DNA from: Octopus bimaculoides
Taxonomy: Eukaryota
Length of the DNA stretch: 64,000 bases
Assembly (NCBI RefSeq): GCF_001194135.2
Contig: NC_069003.1
Location: forward strand, 22,742,480 to 22,806,479
Direction: 5' to 3'
Below the pieces are notes generated by a model that saw only the letters and a program-made list of their open reading frames with translations, was not told where the DNA came from and did no database searches. Below, piece after piece: positions 38,601 to 52,719 of this stretch; within the stretch, counting starts at the first letter, position 1; each line of letters begins with the position of its first letter. Made by a program: the position numbers and the translations under genes.

Positions 38601-41440
38601 CAAGTTCCATCCACTTTAAGTGATCTGCACCTCTTTATGCAACTGTCTTCAACCATACACATCACATGATCAAACCAGCATGGTCTTCTCTTTTGCACAC
38701 TGCATCTAATTCCTCTTATGCCTAACTTTTATCTCAATACACCAATGCTCTGTTGTGGATATATACTGACATTGTATATCCAGTGGAACATACTGGTTTC
38801 ATTCCTCTCTAGTCTTCACTTGTTCTCTGCATTCAGGGCCCACATCTCCCTACCGTGTATCATTGCTGTTCATACACATGTATGATACAATCTTCCCTTC
38901 ACTTGGAGAGACAGAAAGACCTTTGTTTACCAACAGAAGTAAAAGCTCTCTGAATTTTCTCCATCCTAATCTTATTGTAGCATTCAAACTTTCAGTACAT
39001 CTCCCTCCACTGCTAATTATACTTCTGCTAGGTAGCAGAAGTATCTATTACTTCCAGAAAACCTTGAGGGCATTTGAGGAAATCAGTTTCCCATGTATCT
39101 GTAGTCTTTATGGCTCTTGTACATCTTCCACATACAAGCACTACTTTCTTTGTTAACTTTCCTACTATTCCACTGCACCTCTTGTGTGTTCATAGCTTGC
39201 ACTGGGTACACTGAATGGAATTCCTGCCTACACCTTTCCTTCATATTGAGCAAGGTTATTTATCTGAAACAAGTAGGGTCCTGTCTGATATTTTTCCTTA
39301 CTAGGATCTTGGTCTTTGCTAAGTTAACTTTGAGACCCTTTGATTTTAGGTTTTGTTTTCACATCTGAAATTTCTTTTCTAGTTCTGTTACAGATTCTGC
39401 TATGAGGGCAAGACTATCAGCATATAGTAGTTCCCTTGAGCTTCCAGTCTTAAATCCCTCTGTTATGGCCAGGAGGACGATGATGAACAGAAGGGGACTG
39501 AGGACCGAGCCTTGGTGAACACCTATCTGTACACTAAATTCATTACTGTACTCATGGCTAAGTCTTACCTTACTAACAGCACCCTTGTACATGTCCTGTA
39601 CTGCTTTCATAAGCCATTTGTCTATCCTTAGCTTCCTCAGATGCCATCATCTCACTTAGCAAGGGACCCTGTTGAAGGCTTTCTCCAGATCAACAAATAC
39701 CAAGTACAATGGCTTATTCTTAGCTAAATACTTCTCTTGCAGTTGCTTGGCTGTAATAATAGCATCAGTAGTGTTTCTCCCTGGCACAGCTAATCTGCAT
39801 TTCATTTTGTCTAATTCTGTTCCTGTCATGACCGGGTCTAGTAATTTGATGCTTCCATTTAAGTCATTCCCTTACCCTTGTAGCAGCTGATTCTGATGCT
39901 GCTACACTTGCCACTGGAGATTATGCCTTCCTGAATAAGCTGATTAACTATATGGGTAACTAGACCATATCATACTCTATCAAATATTTTAAGCATCTCA
40001 ACAGTAACTACTGATGGACCATGGATTTTCCCTGTCTTCATATCCTTAATTACCTTATCTATCATACTGCTGTCAACTAGGATAGCTGGTCCTTCTGTTG
40101 GGTTCACATGGAGGAGACTGTTTCTTCCATTCATTCTTCGCATTTAATAGCCTTTCATAGTGGCTCTTCCATATCTCTTTCTTATCAGAGTTACTAAGTG
40201 CAAGCATACCATTATCCATCTGTACACACTTCTCTCCCACAACGTCCTGATTTTCTTTGACACACTGTCTAGCAATTCAAAACACCTCAAGTCTCCGATC
40301 TTCACATTGTAAGACATTCACAAACCTCTTCCTCTCTGCCCTTAGCTAGATAAATCTTATGCCTAGCTTCTCTTTTTGCTATTTGATATGATTCTTTGCT
40401 ACCCCCACATTGCCCTCTTTCCAAACCATTCTCTTCACTTTTATGGCCTTGTTGACCTCATTGTTCCACCACCAACTCACCCATGGTCTGGCAGAGTTTT
40501 GCTCCAACTACAGATTTGGTCTGTTACCCTCAGTAGATTGTCTCATAAAAACTTTGTTTTCCTCTATGTTGTATGTCTGTCTCTTCTTCCTTCTCATCAA
40601 ACCTCTATTACCATAACCTCTTTTTTTCGTAACCCCTTTTTCCATATCAGTTTGTTTTTCTGTGTCCTTCTAGCCCTAAGTTTGAAGTTGCTAACCATTA
40701 ACCTATGTTAAGTTGTACATTCTTCATTTGGGAACAACTTTGCATTCACAAGCATATGCCTGTCCCTGTTTCTGGTGAGAATGTAGTCAGTCTGGCTGGT
40801 GTGCCCAACAAATTCATAAGTGATCAAATGGATGGCAGGTTTCCTGAAGTTGGTGTTGCAAACCAGTAAGTCATTTACATCACAAAGCACCAGCAGCCTT
40901 GTTCCCTCCTCATTTCTAGAACCAAAACTGTAACCTCCATGCATGCCATGGAATCCATTGGAGGTTTTCCAACATGACCATTGAAGTCCCCTGCCATGAT
41001 GAGAATGTCATCTTTTGTTGTTGATGTAGTCAACAGAAGGGATTCATAGAAACAATCCTTTTGAATACTTGTGAGTTTGACATATGGAACTTATGCAGAG
41101 ATAAATGACACTATTACATTAAATGAAATTCTTAGCTTAATAATCCTATAACACACCTTAACTACCTCAGTCACCTTATCCACCAATTTCTCTGCTAGAA
41201 CAATACCTACACCACCTAAACCATCATTGCTGCCCACCCAGAAAAATTTATATCTATGTCTCTTACCTACAAGTAGTCTAACTGAGGTCCCCTTCCATTG
41301 TACTTCTTGCACACAGCATACATCTATATGCCTCCACTTGAACATTTCAAGAATCTCTCTACACCTACCTTTGTTGATTGTGGACCTGGGAACTTGGGGT
41401 GGGGGGATGTTTTTAGCATCTGGAAAGATCTTTGTAGTCA
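38600..41440 (-). pseudogene. RTE LINE, near full-length but degraded (same family as 22990-23995)
   Basis: DVCCVQEVQWKG (APE), GSRNEEGTRLL, TSQTDYIL, GVHQGSVLSPLLFIIV, LLYADSL, WFDHVMCMVEDSCIKRC. Confidence 0.9.
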
Positions 41441-41489
41441 CATGCGTGGAGGCAGCAAGTCCTTGTGCTCAGTGTGAGTAGGTACTGGT

Positions 41490-41905
41490 TGCTACAAACG
41501 AAGTTGACAATATTGAGAATAATGGGTCAAAAGAATATTGATGGTGGTTACTAATTAAAACAGCCACCAAGTTAGAACACAACTGGCCAGGCATTTCTGT
41601 ATGGGACTTCAAGGAAAAGGTATGTTCTGTTGTGGAAATCAGTTGTCCTCTAGACACAAATGTAGTTAGAAAAATACAAGTAAAAGAGGATATCTACTGA
41701 CCATTGATAGGGAATTTGCAAATCCAGTACCCAGCTTCATACCTATTAATGGAGCGACAGAATACCAACCTGTCTGGAGCAAAGTATGGCTGAACCTGGG
41801 TTCTTGTGGGAGGGAACTCAAATCCTTAATTCATATACTACAAATGATGACAGTATTTGGGACCATAAAAGTCTGTAAGGTTTTCTTAAGATTTAAAGGA
41901 TGATG
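41490..41905 (+). mobile_element. Second R4/Dong-type RLE 3' fragment
   Basis: HNWPGISVWDFKEKVCSVVEISCPLDTNV..KEDIY and GTIKVCKVFLRF*. Confidence 0.8.
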
Positions 41906-42411
41906 AACAAAATGAGATGCTTTCCTTCACAACCTTGGTAACAAGCAGGTGGCCAGTCAAAATGTATTCTAAATTAAAAAGAGAAAGAGTACATACATAC
42001 ATACATACATACATACATACATACACACATACATACATACATACATACATGTATAAGCAAGAGAGAATGGATTGAGTAAACATATTTTATTGCATAATAC
42101 AACAATTGTTTTATCTCTGCTTTACCAGTAGATTATTACTGAAATATTATCATATATCAAATATATTGGTTTTAAATTTTGGCACAGGTCCAGCAATTTC
42201 AGGGGAGGGGTAAGTCAATTACTTTGACTCCAGTACTCAACTGGTACTTACTTTATTGTCCCTGAGAAGATAAAACATAAAGTGGACTTCAGTGGAATTT
42301 GAACTCAGAACGTGCAGATAGATGAAATGCTACTAAGCATTTTGTCTGGTGTACTAACAACTCTGCCAGCTTGCTGCTTTAATAAATTAGATATATTAAT
42401 AATATTTAATA

Positions 42412-42571
42412 CATCTCGGAGTGGTTGGCGTTAGGAAGGACATCCAGCTGTAGAAACTCTGCCAGATCAGATTGGAGCCTGGTGCAGCCTTCTGGCTTGA
42501 CAGTCCTCTGTCAAATCGTCCAACCCATGCTAGCATGGAAAGCGGACGTTAAACGATGATGATGATGATGA
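42412..42571 (+). mobile_element. (GAT)n-tailed retroposon 3' end with ~16-bp TSD
   Basis: ..gcggacgttaaacgatgatgatg; flanks TTAATAATAT(T/C)TAATA at 42396 and 42572. Close copies at 19163-19310 (+), 25928-26072, 53418-53820, 58319-58590 (-); older copies near 21787, 26090, 59603, 63770. Confidence 0.8.
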
Positions 42572-43305
42572 TTAATAATATCTAATATATTACATATACT
42601 GAATAATGCATCACATCTGTATTATTCCAGCAACATTGGTTAGTGAAGAGTCTTCCGGTATGAATGCAACGAGTTTGCTAAATCAAACTATATTCCACAG
42701 AAGACATATACCTCATGTTCATTCTGTTACAATCACTTCATTAGCATATCACTTTTAAAATAAAAAATCAAACACCATTAGATCGTAAACCACAAATTCA
42801 GTTCAGCTGGTCAAGGAAAATGGGTGAATGAAGAAAACAAATGATAAAAGGAAAATAATCAAAATGTTTGATACATAAATAAATAAACAGATAAAACATA
42901 GCATTTAATTTATCTTTGTGTCTGCATAGTTCCTATCTCCTAATAGTCAATGTCCCCAGAGGTCAGTAAGATGTTTGAATAGAACAGTCCAGGATTCTCT
43001 TTAACAAGAGCTGTCTACTACCTCGGATTGATTTATAACTTGCCAACTATTTTAGTTCCAGTCTCATTCATATATTAACATGAAATGTGTGTTTTGAAGA
43101 AATAAGCCATTAAATAGAACTAGTAAAATAAAATTATGTATAAAGATTGAGGAATTAGGAATCACCTTCTATTCCTTTATGTTCATATGTGTGTTTGTGT
43201 GTGTATGTATTACACACACACACATACACACACTAAGATATGCACACAGATATACATACATGTATACATACAATGAGATACATTACTAATTGTATAACAC
43301 ACACA

Positions 43306-43351
<46 letters not shown>

Positions 43352-43849
43352 AAATATATATGTACACACACACACACACACATGTATATGTCCACCTTTA
43401 TATGCACACGCATTTATACATACACATAAATTAATAAGGGAGTCAATGACCAATATTGGTTTCATACGTTTGGCACAAGGCCAGTAGTTTTGGGTAAGGG
43501 GCCAAGTCAATTACATTGACCCCAGTGCTCAACTTGCACTTAATTTATTGACCCCAAAACGATGGAAGGCAAAGTAGCCCCCCTCGGCATTTGAATTCAG
43601 AACGTTAAGACAGATGAAATACTGCTAAGCATTTTGCCTGGCATGCTAATGATTCTGCCAGCTCATTGCCTTGTCAGTAATTTATATTAACAAAGATAAA
43701 ATCAAATATTAAAAGACCAAAGGTTACCATATAATTAAAGGATAAAAGATTACTGTGTCTGGTAGCTTGTACCTATTGATGGGCTTTCTTAAGCAGACTG
43801 GTTAGTCCACATTACTCAGTAAGGAGCATAAGGCCAGTATCACTAGTTT

Positions 43850-43888
<39 letters not shown>

Positions 43889-44688
43889 NNNNNNNNNNNN
43901 NNNNNNNNNNNNNNNNNNNNNNNNNNNNNNNNNNNNNNNNNNNNNNNNNNNNNNNNNNNNNNNNNNNNNNNNNNNNNNNNNNNNNNNNNNNNNNNNNNNN
44001 NNNNNNNNNNNNNNNNNNNNNNNNNNNNNNNNNNNNNNNNNNNNNNNNNNNNNNNNNNNNNNNNNNNNNNNNNNNNNNNNNNNNNNNNNNNNNNNNNNNN
44101 NNNNNNNNNNNNNNNNNNNNNNNNNNNNNNNNNNNNNNNNNNNNNNNNNNNNNNNNNNNNNNNNNNNNNNNNNNNNNNNNNNNNNNNNNNNNNNNNNNNN
44201 NNNNNNNNNNNNNNNNNNNNNNNNNNNNNNNNNNNNNNNNNNNNNNNNNNNNNNNNNNNNNNNNNNNNNNNNNNNNNNNNNNNNNNNNNNNNNNNNNNNN
44301 NNNNNNNNNNNNNNNNNNNNNNNNNNNNNNNNNNNNNNNNNNNNNNNNNNNNNNNNNNNNNNNNNNNNNNNNNNNNNNNNNNNNNNNNNNNNNNNNNNNN
44401 NNNNNNNNNNNNNNNNNNNNNNNNNNNNNNNNNNNNNNNNNNNNNATATATATATATATACATTCCTTTTGGGATGGGACGCCAGTCCACCCCAGGATTT
44501 CTCATTTTTTACTAGCTGAGTGGACAGGAGCAGTGTGAAATGAAATATTTCACTCAAGAACACATCACATTGTCTAATCCAGGAATTGAAATCACTATTT
44601 TTCAATCATGAGTCCAACACCATAACCACTAAGCAATGTGCCTCCCCTTCAAAAACAAACTACAAAGTTCATATCCAAATTGAACTGT

Positions 44689-44741
<53 letters not shown>

Positions 44742-45000
44742 TATATTATATATATATATATAATCATCATCACTACTATTTTCCATGTTGGCATGGATGG
44801 GCTGAACAGTTTGACAGGAGCTGGCATTGCCAACCAAAAGATAAAATATAAACCCTGAAGTGGTTCTCTCCTCTTAAGGAAAATATTCACCCTCTCTGTC
44901 ATCTCATAGTCTCTCTCTCTCTCCCCCTTTCCCTCCCTTGCTCTCTAAACCATTATAAGTAGCAGCAGTTGTAGTTCTCAGTCAAGTAACGACGTGTGTG

Positions 45001-45040
<40 letters not shown>

Positions 45041-45050
45041 NNNNNNNNNN

Positions 45051-45084
<34 letters not shown>

Positions 45085-45374
45085 TGGACATATTCCTAGA
45101 TTCATTGTGGTTGAAAAAAGATAGATTAGCCACAGCTGGAAAAAGTCTTGACCATTGATCTGTTGCATCAGGACTGACCTGCAGACAGGGACTAAGAAAT
45201 AAGACACGATATTAATATTTTTTTAAAAATTGTATTGTTACTGTAGTAGTAGTTGTGGTAGTGATGCAGATCTGACTGTAGTATATTACACAGGTTCATC
45301 AAAATACCTTGAAACCTTCACTGTTCTTGTCTTCTTTCATAATTAATTTTCACATTTCGGAAAACCTCTCTTAA

Positions 45375-45584
45375 CCATTTAGCATTTAAACCGGCCATAT
45401 CCAGCTTAGATATTCTATGTTTTATGTCCAAACCAGCCAGATCCAGCTTCTCACACCTGCCTTACAATGTCATTCGAAAGATATACAATCACATCATTGA
45501 AATCTCGGGGCTATGAGATCATACATGACTAATTGAAAATAATGTAAATAAATAAGCATCACATTTGACAGGGTAATAGAAAAG
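45375..45584 (+). mobile_element. piggyBac-like MITE, family A, right end degraded; ends about 70 bp before the TMCC exon
   Basis: TTAA|CCATTTAGCATTTAAACCGGCC start, internal match to the 17435 copy. Confidence 0.75.
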
Positions 45585-45657
45585 TTAACAAGAATTTTGC
45601 TATTGCTTTTGTGCTAATACCTTGTGGTGATGAAGATGATTTTTTTTTTTTGTACAG

Positions 45658-45737
45658 GTCATTAGTATCCAAGCCCCGTGAATTTGCTCATCTAATAAAG
45701 AATCGCTTTGGAAGTGCTGATAATATCAGTCAACTTG
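45658..45737 (+). CDS. TMCC: TMCC-family internal coding exon, 80 nt, phase 2-1: SLVSKPREFAHLIKNRFGSADNISQL
   Basis: Acceptor tttttttttttgtacag, donor G|gtaagt. Translation contains the family motif VSKPRE(F/I)AxLI(R/K)N(K/R)FGSADNI. Confidence 0.92.
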
Positions 45738-46119
45738 GTAAGTATTGGTTTCACTCCATTTTGTCCACCCTGCTGATTAAACTGGATGGGGTGTATATAT
45801 TTACAGATACCATGTTTCCACATGGCCAAAGCAACAGTAAATACCAGTGGATTGGTCAGTTGTTGGGTTTTTTGTTTTGGTTTTTACTTTTGTTTCCTGG
45901 TGCTTATATTAGAGGGACTTTCCTTTTTTTCTTCTTTGCCTGTAAATATCTATCTTGTTATGTTCAGATAAAAGGAATGCGTACCGCTACTACAAGGACT
46001 TGAATCTTCTCAAAGAGAAAAATACTTGTATATTTTTTTTTATGATATTTAATGTATGCATTTTAGAGTTTTAAGTTTTTGTTTGTTTTATGTTTCTTCT
46101 TTATTACTCTATCTTTCCA

Positions 46120-46660
46120 TGTTAACTGTATGGTAACATAATTTTTACCATGACAGCTTTTAACAGAAACACGAGTTCTTAACCATGTTAACTGATTACA
46201 AAAATGCGGTAACAATAGAGTTTTTATCATGTTAATTACTGAAATATGATATTAGCATTTTTACTATGTTAACCACTAACAGAAATATTATAGTTGATTT
46301 TATCATTTTAACTACTGAAAGAAATATGGTAACAGCTTTTTTACTATGTTTATCCTTAACAGAAATATAATAGTTTTTATCATTTTAACTACTGAAAGAA
46401 ATATGGTAATAGCTTTTTTACTATGTTTATCATTAACAGAAATATAATAGTTTTTATCATGTTAATTACTGAAAGAAATATGGTAATAATGTTTTTACTA
46501 TGTTTACCACTAACAAAAATATAATAGTTGATTTTACTATGGTGACTGTTAACAGATATACAACGATAGCTTTTATGATATTAACTGCTCACATATAAAA
46601 ATCATGATTTATACCATGTTATCTGCTAACTAGAATACAATAATATGGTTTTTACAATGT
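46120..46660. repeat. AT-rich minisatellite, ~38-39-bp monomers organised as a 77-bp dimer
   Basis: tatcat(t/g)ttaa recurs at 46301, 46378, 46455 (period 77), with alternating A/B monomers. Confidence 0.85.
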
Positions 46661-47443
46661 CCCTTTTTTATTATCATAATGAATATTGCAATACACACAG
46701 ACACGCAAACTTGCACACACATACCCACATACATACACACACTTGCATGTGTTTGTGTGTGTGTGCATGTAAAGGGTGCATAGCCTGTGGTTAGGGTGTT
46801 GCACTCATGATCACAAGATCATGGTTTCAATATCCAGATTTGCTGTGCACTGTGTCCTTGAGCAAAGCACTTCCTATTGCTCCAGTCTACTCAGCTCCAA
46901 ATGGGTAAACCCTGTGATGGACTGGTGTTCTGTTAGTGGGGAATGTTAGCCTGCCTGCCTAACCAGTGAAGAGGCATCATCTGAAAGCCAAACCAACGTC
47001 AAACACTTTGTGACCAATGGAGGTATAAGAACATTTGCTAGATATCACTGTGTGGTTAAGGAGTTTGCTTCTCAGCCGTGTAGTTTTGGAATCACTTCCA
47101 TTGCATGACACTATGATTTCTACAATATTCCAAAGCTGGCTTAGGCTTTGCGAGTGGATTTGGTTGACAGAAACAAAAAGAAGTCGGTGAGCTGGCAGAA
47201 ACGTTAGCATGCTGGGCGAAATGCTTAGCAGTATTTCATCTGCCGCTACATTCTGAGTTCAAATTCTGCTGAGGTTGACTTTGCCTTTCATCCTTTCGGG
47301 GTCAATTAAATAAGTACCAGTTACGCACTGGAGTCAATATAATTGACTTAATCCGTTTGTCTGTCCTTGTTTGTCCCCTGCATGTAGCCCCTTGTGGGCA
47401 ATAAAGAAATAAGAAACAGAAAGAAGTCCATCATATATGTATG

Positions 47444-47474
<31 letters not shown>

Positions 47475-48841
47475 GTATGTGTGTGCATTGGTGTATCTTA
47501 TATGTCTTGACATTGCACAATAGTTGTAAAGAAGCATCACTGTTACACAAGCAGTGATGTTAATTTCCAACCTTTCACGAAAGCTTGTCAGGCTATCAAG
47601 AAGTATTACCTCACTAGGAAGTTGGTGAAGATTAGCAACGCAAAGAGACATCTTCCTCAACAGGTTCCATTGGACCCATGCAAGCACAGAAAAGAGAATG
47701 TTAAAATAATAATAAGGCTAAAAATGGTATATAAACACACACACACACATATATAAACGCACAAATGTATATACAGTGGAGTATTGACTACCCCATATGC
47801 AATGAAAGGTTGCTTGACTGATTGGCATATATTTACTTGCTAACACACTCACTCCAACCGTTGTTCCACAGAGGTGCTGTCGTCTCTCTCTGACTTTCCT
47901 TCCTATAATAGCCTCTACTCTCTGGAGCATCCTGATCTCATGCTTCCCCCATTTAGGCCCTCCCCAACTCCTTCAGTCTTGTTCTTCTCATCACCCACTT
48001 TATACCCATTCTTTCAGGTACTCTGCTAACCACTACAGCCAGTCCTTCCTCCTTAGGCTGTATGTTTGCAGAGGTAGATTGCTCCCGCTGCACATGTTTT
48101 TCTCATAGCTATCAACTTGCAATTGTTCAAGTGGAGCGTGCGCACACACACACACACACACACACAGAATTTTAGATACATACATGCTTTTACATGCTCA
48201 CACACAGGCACACACTCATACATATCTAGATACATACACATACATCTTTCTGTTTTTGATACATTTGATTCTTGTGTCCTCGGTTGTGTTTGAAACTGTG
48301 ACTTGAAATTTTGTTTCCTTTTATTTCTATTGAAGCATGGTTCCATGGAACATTTCCAAAACTCTAATTCACATTTCTTCTTCTCTCTTTCTCTCTACAT
48401 TATTTTTTTTGTCTCCATTTATTCAACTTTACAGTTAGCTTTTGTTTCACTCTTATAGAAATAATAGATCTTTCAAAATCAGCTGGTATTACACAATCCA
48501 TTAATTTGCTTGCATTTTTTCATTACCCTTAATTCTAAAATTAGAATTCCTATTCAAATCCTTAAATAGACTTTAGACTAAATACACAAATAATTTCGAT
48601 CATTAGATTTCATGTTATTAGAATTAATACAGATTATTATATGGGAACACAAAAAGCATAGGTGTATGTACACACACACGCACATGCGTGCGCGCACACA
48701 CACACACACACACACACGTATATACAAAATGGCTAATTAGCAGCGTTACAAATGATTGCTTTGTAGAAGCCATTCCAACTCTATACTCGAGGTTCAAATG
48801 TATGTATATATGTATGTATGTATATGTGTGTGTGTGTGTGC

Positions 48842-48880
<39 letters not shown>

Positions 48881-49822
48881 AAGAGAGAGTAGAGAAACAA
48901 AGAAAGGTTTGGTGATACAAACAGGAAAATAGAAATCAAAACATGAGTGTATCTTTTATCGGTTAATTGCTTCATTCACTGGACTGTGAACCATGCTGGG
49001 GTACTGCCTTGAAGGGTTTTCTTCTCCTAATAGCATTAGCTTGGTCTACTAGTCTCTGTTCAGTCACTTTAAACATACCCTTCTCTGCCCAACATATCAA
49101 CATCTGTTTTCTATTACCCCATCTTTTAGGTTCACTTTCTAAGTAGCACTACATCACTTTCTTGTTTTCTTCACTGGTCCACTTCCTCCTCCTCCTTACT
49201 CTATTATCCGCTGATGCTGTCTTAAGATAACACCTGTGATCAGTCTGCATCTTTTCTGAACCACTGTACAGCGAGAGGCCATCCGTTCAAGGTTCAGCCT
49301 CATTTTCACTCTTACCACTAGAGTTTCTAGGCAAACTCTTGTCTCTCATAAACTGAGGTGAGGCAATGTTCATCACCATCATCGTCACCACGATTATTAT
49401 TTGACACCTGGTAGTTTCAAGTAACTTTCTATTGCATCACCTGCTGTACTTTTGAGCTGGGGAGGTGTGTGCTGTATTCCTCCACCCCGTTTGGGGAATA
49501 TTATATTGCACTATTAAGGCAGCGAGCTAGGAAAACTTTTAGCATGCTGGGCAAAACACTTAATGGTATTTCGTCTGTCTTCACGTTCTGAGTTCAAGTT
49601 CTGCCGAAGTCAACTTTGCCTTTCATCCTTTTGGTGTTGATGAATTAAGTACCAGTTGCATACTGGGTCAATGTAATCGACTAGTCCCCTCTCTACCAAA
49701 TTCCAGGCCTTGTGCCTATAGTAAAAAGGATTATTATTACTATTATCATTATTATTGGGCGACATGCACTCATACGTTAAATACATGTGCATGCAATGTG
49801 TTCTTGAATTTACAGATGCATA

Positions 49823-50210
49823 TGTTGTTGTTGGCACTCCGTCGCTTATGACGTTGAGGGTTCCAGTTGATCCAATCAATGGAACAGCCTGCTCGTGAAA
49901 TTAACGTGCAAGTGGCTGAGCACTCCACAGACACGTGTACCCTTAACGTAGTTCTCGGGGACATTCAGCGTGACACAGTGTGACAAGGCTGACCCTTTGA
50001 ATTACAGGCACAACAGTAACAGGAAGTAAGAGTGAGAGAAAGTTGTGGTGAAAGAGTACAGCAGGGTTCGCCACCATCCCCTGCCGGAGCCTCGTGGAGC
50101 TTTAGGTGTTTTCGCTCAATAAACACTCACAACACCCGGTCTGGGAATCGAAACCGCAATCCTATGACCGCGAGTCCGCTGCCCTAACCACTGGACCATT
50201 GCGCCTCCAA
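49823..50210 (-). mobile_element. Same tRNA-derived SINE, full length, with perfect 23-bp TSD
   Basis: GTTCTTGAATTTACAGATGCATA at 49800-49822 and 50211-50233; (aac)n tail. Confidence 0.92.
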
Positions 50211-51329
50211 GTTCTTGAATTTACAGATGCATAAACAAGCATTCAAATGCTAATATTTATAACCAGATAAAGTATGTTCAGTAATAAAATTTGCATGCAT
50301 AGTTTCACTTTCTGGTGTATCTTCATATATGTCTCCAAATATATGTACATATATACATACGTGTATACATATATATATCCTTAAGTGTAATTAATCTGTA
50401 TTAAATAGATACTTCACACTTCTCATTACGATAGATTCATTAGTTAAGATTAAAGTACTATTACAATTGGACAATATTATAGATGATTTTATGGTTGTGA
50501 AATTAATTAATTAATTATTTCAAATATGAGATTATTATTGTTGCTGTTGTTATTATTTAATATTCTAGATTAAAATGGTTTTCAGTTTATTGTTTGAAAA
50601 ATATAACTGAAATAATTTGAAGCTATTTAGATTTATATGATAAAGAAGTAAATCAAATTAGTAAAAAAAATAAAAATAGCAAATATAATAAAACTAAAAA
50701 ATATTGCTTCAACTTTGTTGCAGATGTTTTAGTCAAATAATATGAAATAAACATAAAGAGAATAATAAATATAAACATGTATATTAACACTTTGTAACTT
50801 TCTACTGTTTTCACTCACTACTTGTCTGTGTATTTGTGTATAAACCTACATTTATACATTTATTACACATGTACGAGTAAGTGTATATGCCTTTGTGTGT
50901 GTGTGTATATACATGTGTATATGTGTGTATGTGTGTAATTATATATATACATGCACACCCACGTGTGTATATGTGTGTGTATATATTTATATATATATAC
51001 ATGGACAAACATATATATACATATGTATGTGTGTGTACATATATGTATGTATATGTGTGGATATATACCCATATATACATATATATATGGGCGTGTGTTT
51101 GTCCATGTGCATATACCTATTTCTCATGTATGTGTGTATATGAGAATAAATGGATATATAGACATGCGTTTCATACTGTATTTATGTGTATGTATACACA
51201 AAACATGTTCAAACTTTATCTGACTTTACTTTTTCCTCCCAAAACTAATGCTGTGTGGGCAAAATCCTCTGGTTGGTGACACCATACTTCATGCACATGC
51301 ATGAAAACTTTTGTGCCTGATAGGCTGCG

Positions 51330-51745
51330 TCAATTGCTCATTGTACACCAAGAGTACAGACATGTAGTGTGCACTTGTCAGAGATTTTTGTTTTCACCAA
51401 ACACATCAAGCAGAGATATTGCATCAAATTTTGCCAAAAGCTTGATGTTACACAAAGTCAAACCATCCAGAAGATTCAGCAGGCCTTTGGTAATGATGCC
51501 ATGGGCAAAATTCAGATCAAGTGGAGAGAAGCAAGTCTGGCAAGTCATTCACAAGCCAAAAGCAAGGAGCTGAACGAGTAGGTTTAGTAAATAGTCATGG
51601 AAGACTGTCATGTAACAATCCAGAAAATTTCTCACTCAGTGGGAATAAGCACAGGATCAGTGCATTCCATTTTAATGGAAGATTTGGGTGTGTTGGTGAA
51701 ATTCATTCCCAAAGTGCTGGTGAAACAGCAGAAGCAACACTGTAT
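51330..51745 (+). mobile_element. Mariner 5' fragment
   Basis: QRYCIKFCQKL..TIQKIQQAFGNDAMG and ISTGSVHSILMEDLG..KFIPKVL, both mariner N-terminal motifs. Confidence 0.8.
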
Positions 51746-52719
51746 GGAAAGCCCATTATATGTACATATATATGTATATATGTATGTGTGGGAATGTGTG
51801 TCCTTGTTTTGACACTGTGTGATCATTGTAAATGAGTATCACCATCACACATACAGTGTCATTCAATTTTAGTATTCTATAGAAACATGTCTGGTCACGG
51901 GGAAATATTATTGGTAAATTTTTACAAGTGCACCCACACACGGTTCACTAAAAAAAAACCCTCAGATTTTTCATGTGGAATGAAGTAACCTGAGCGCCTA
52001 ATATGCTGCAAACCCCTTATTTTTGTTTGGAAAATGGGGTGGGGACTTGGAAATCCACCCCCGCCTCCTGGAATCACTGGAAAATGCATTTCTTTTTTCC
52101 TTGAATGAATTATGGTGACCTAATATGCCACAAAAGACTTTTTTTTTTGTCCAGAAAATGGTGGTGGTGATGGGTGGGTAGAGTGGCGTGGAACCCTTGG
52201 AAATTTCACCTCTGCAATTCAGTGAGAATTTTTTTTGCGGTTTTTTGTGTGCGATGGACTAAGCTGACCAAATACATCACAAGGAGGCGGGGTTGATGAA
52301 TCTTATATATAGTCCTATGACTGAAACAAGTAAAAGATGTGATGTGTAAGAAAGAAAAAAAAAACATTTAACAACAGAAAAGTATAATAATATTAAAACA
52401 AAATAGCTTTTTCATTCCTCTTTAAATCAGTAATCCAGGCTGCAGAGTGTTTCAGAAAAAAAAAAAAAAAATCACTTTAAGTTTTCCCTCCAAAATTAGT
52501 TTCATTTTTGTCTGAGTAGGTTGGCGAATTAAAGTTTTCTTCATACAAATGAGCTATTTAAAAAAAATATATCTTAGAGGGGTACATATAATTGGGTTGA
52601 CTCTTGAAAAAATTTGTGGAATAATAAGGTTTTATCCTCCTCTGATGAAATAAATAAATATCTGGCCAGGTATTGATGCAAATATTTTGACTGAATACCT
52701 GGCCTTTTTTTTATCCATT

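Noticed and set aside
43802-44605. Long ORFs containing X runs (also 25.6-26.0k, 31.8-32.2k, 55.0-55.5k)
   Set aside because: Artefacts of N gaps (25857-25927, 31868-32032, 43889-44445, 55043-55449), mostly abutting (AT)n tracts.
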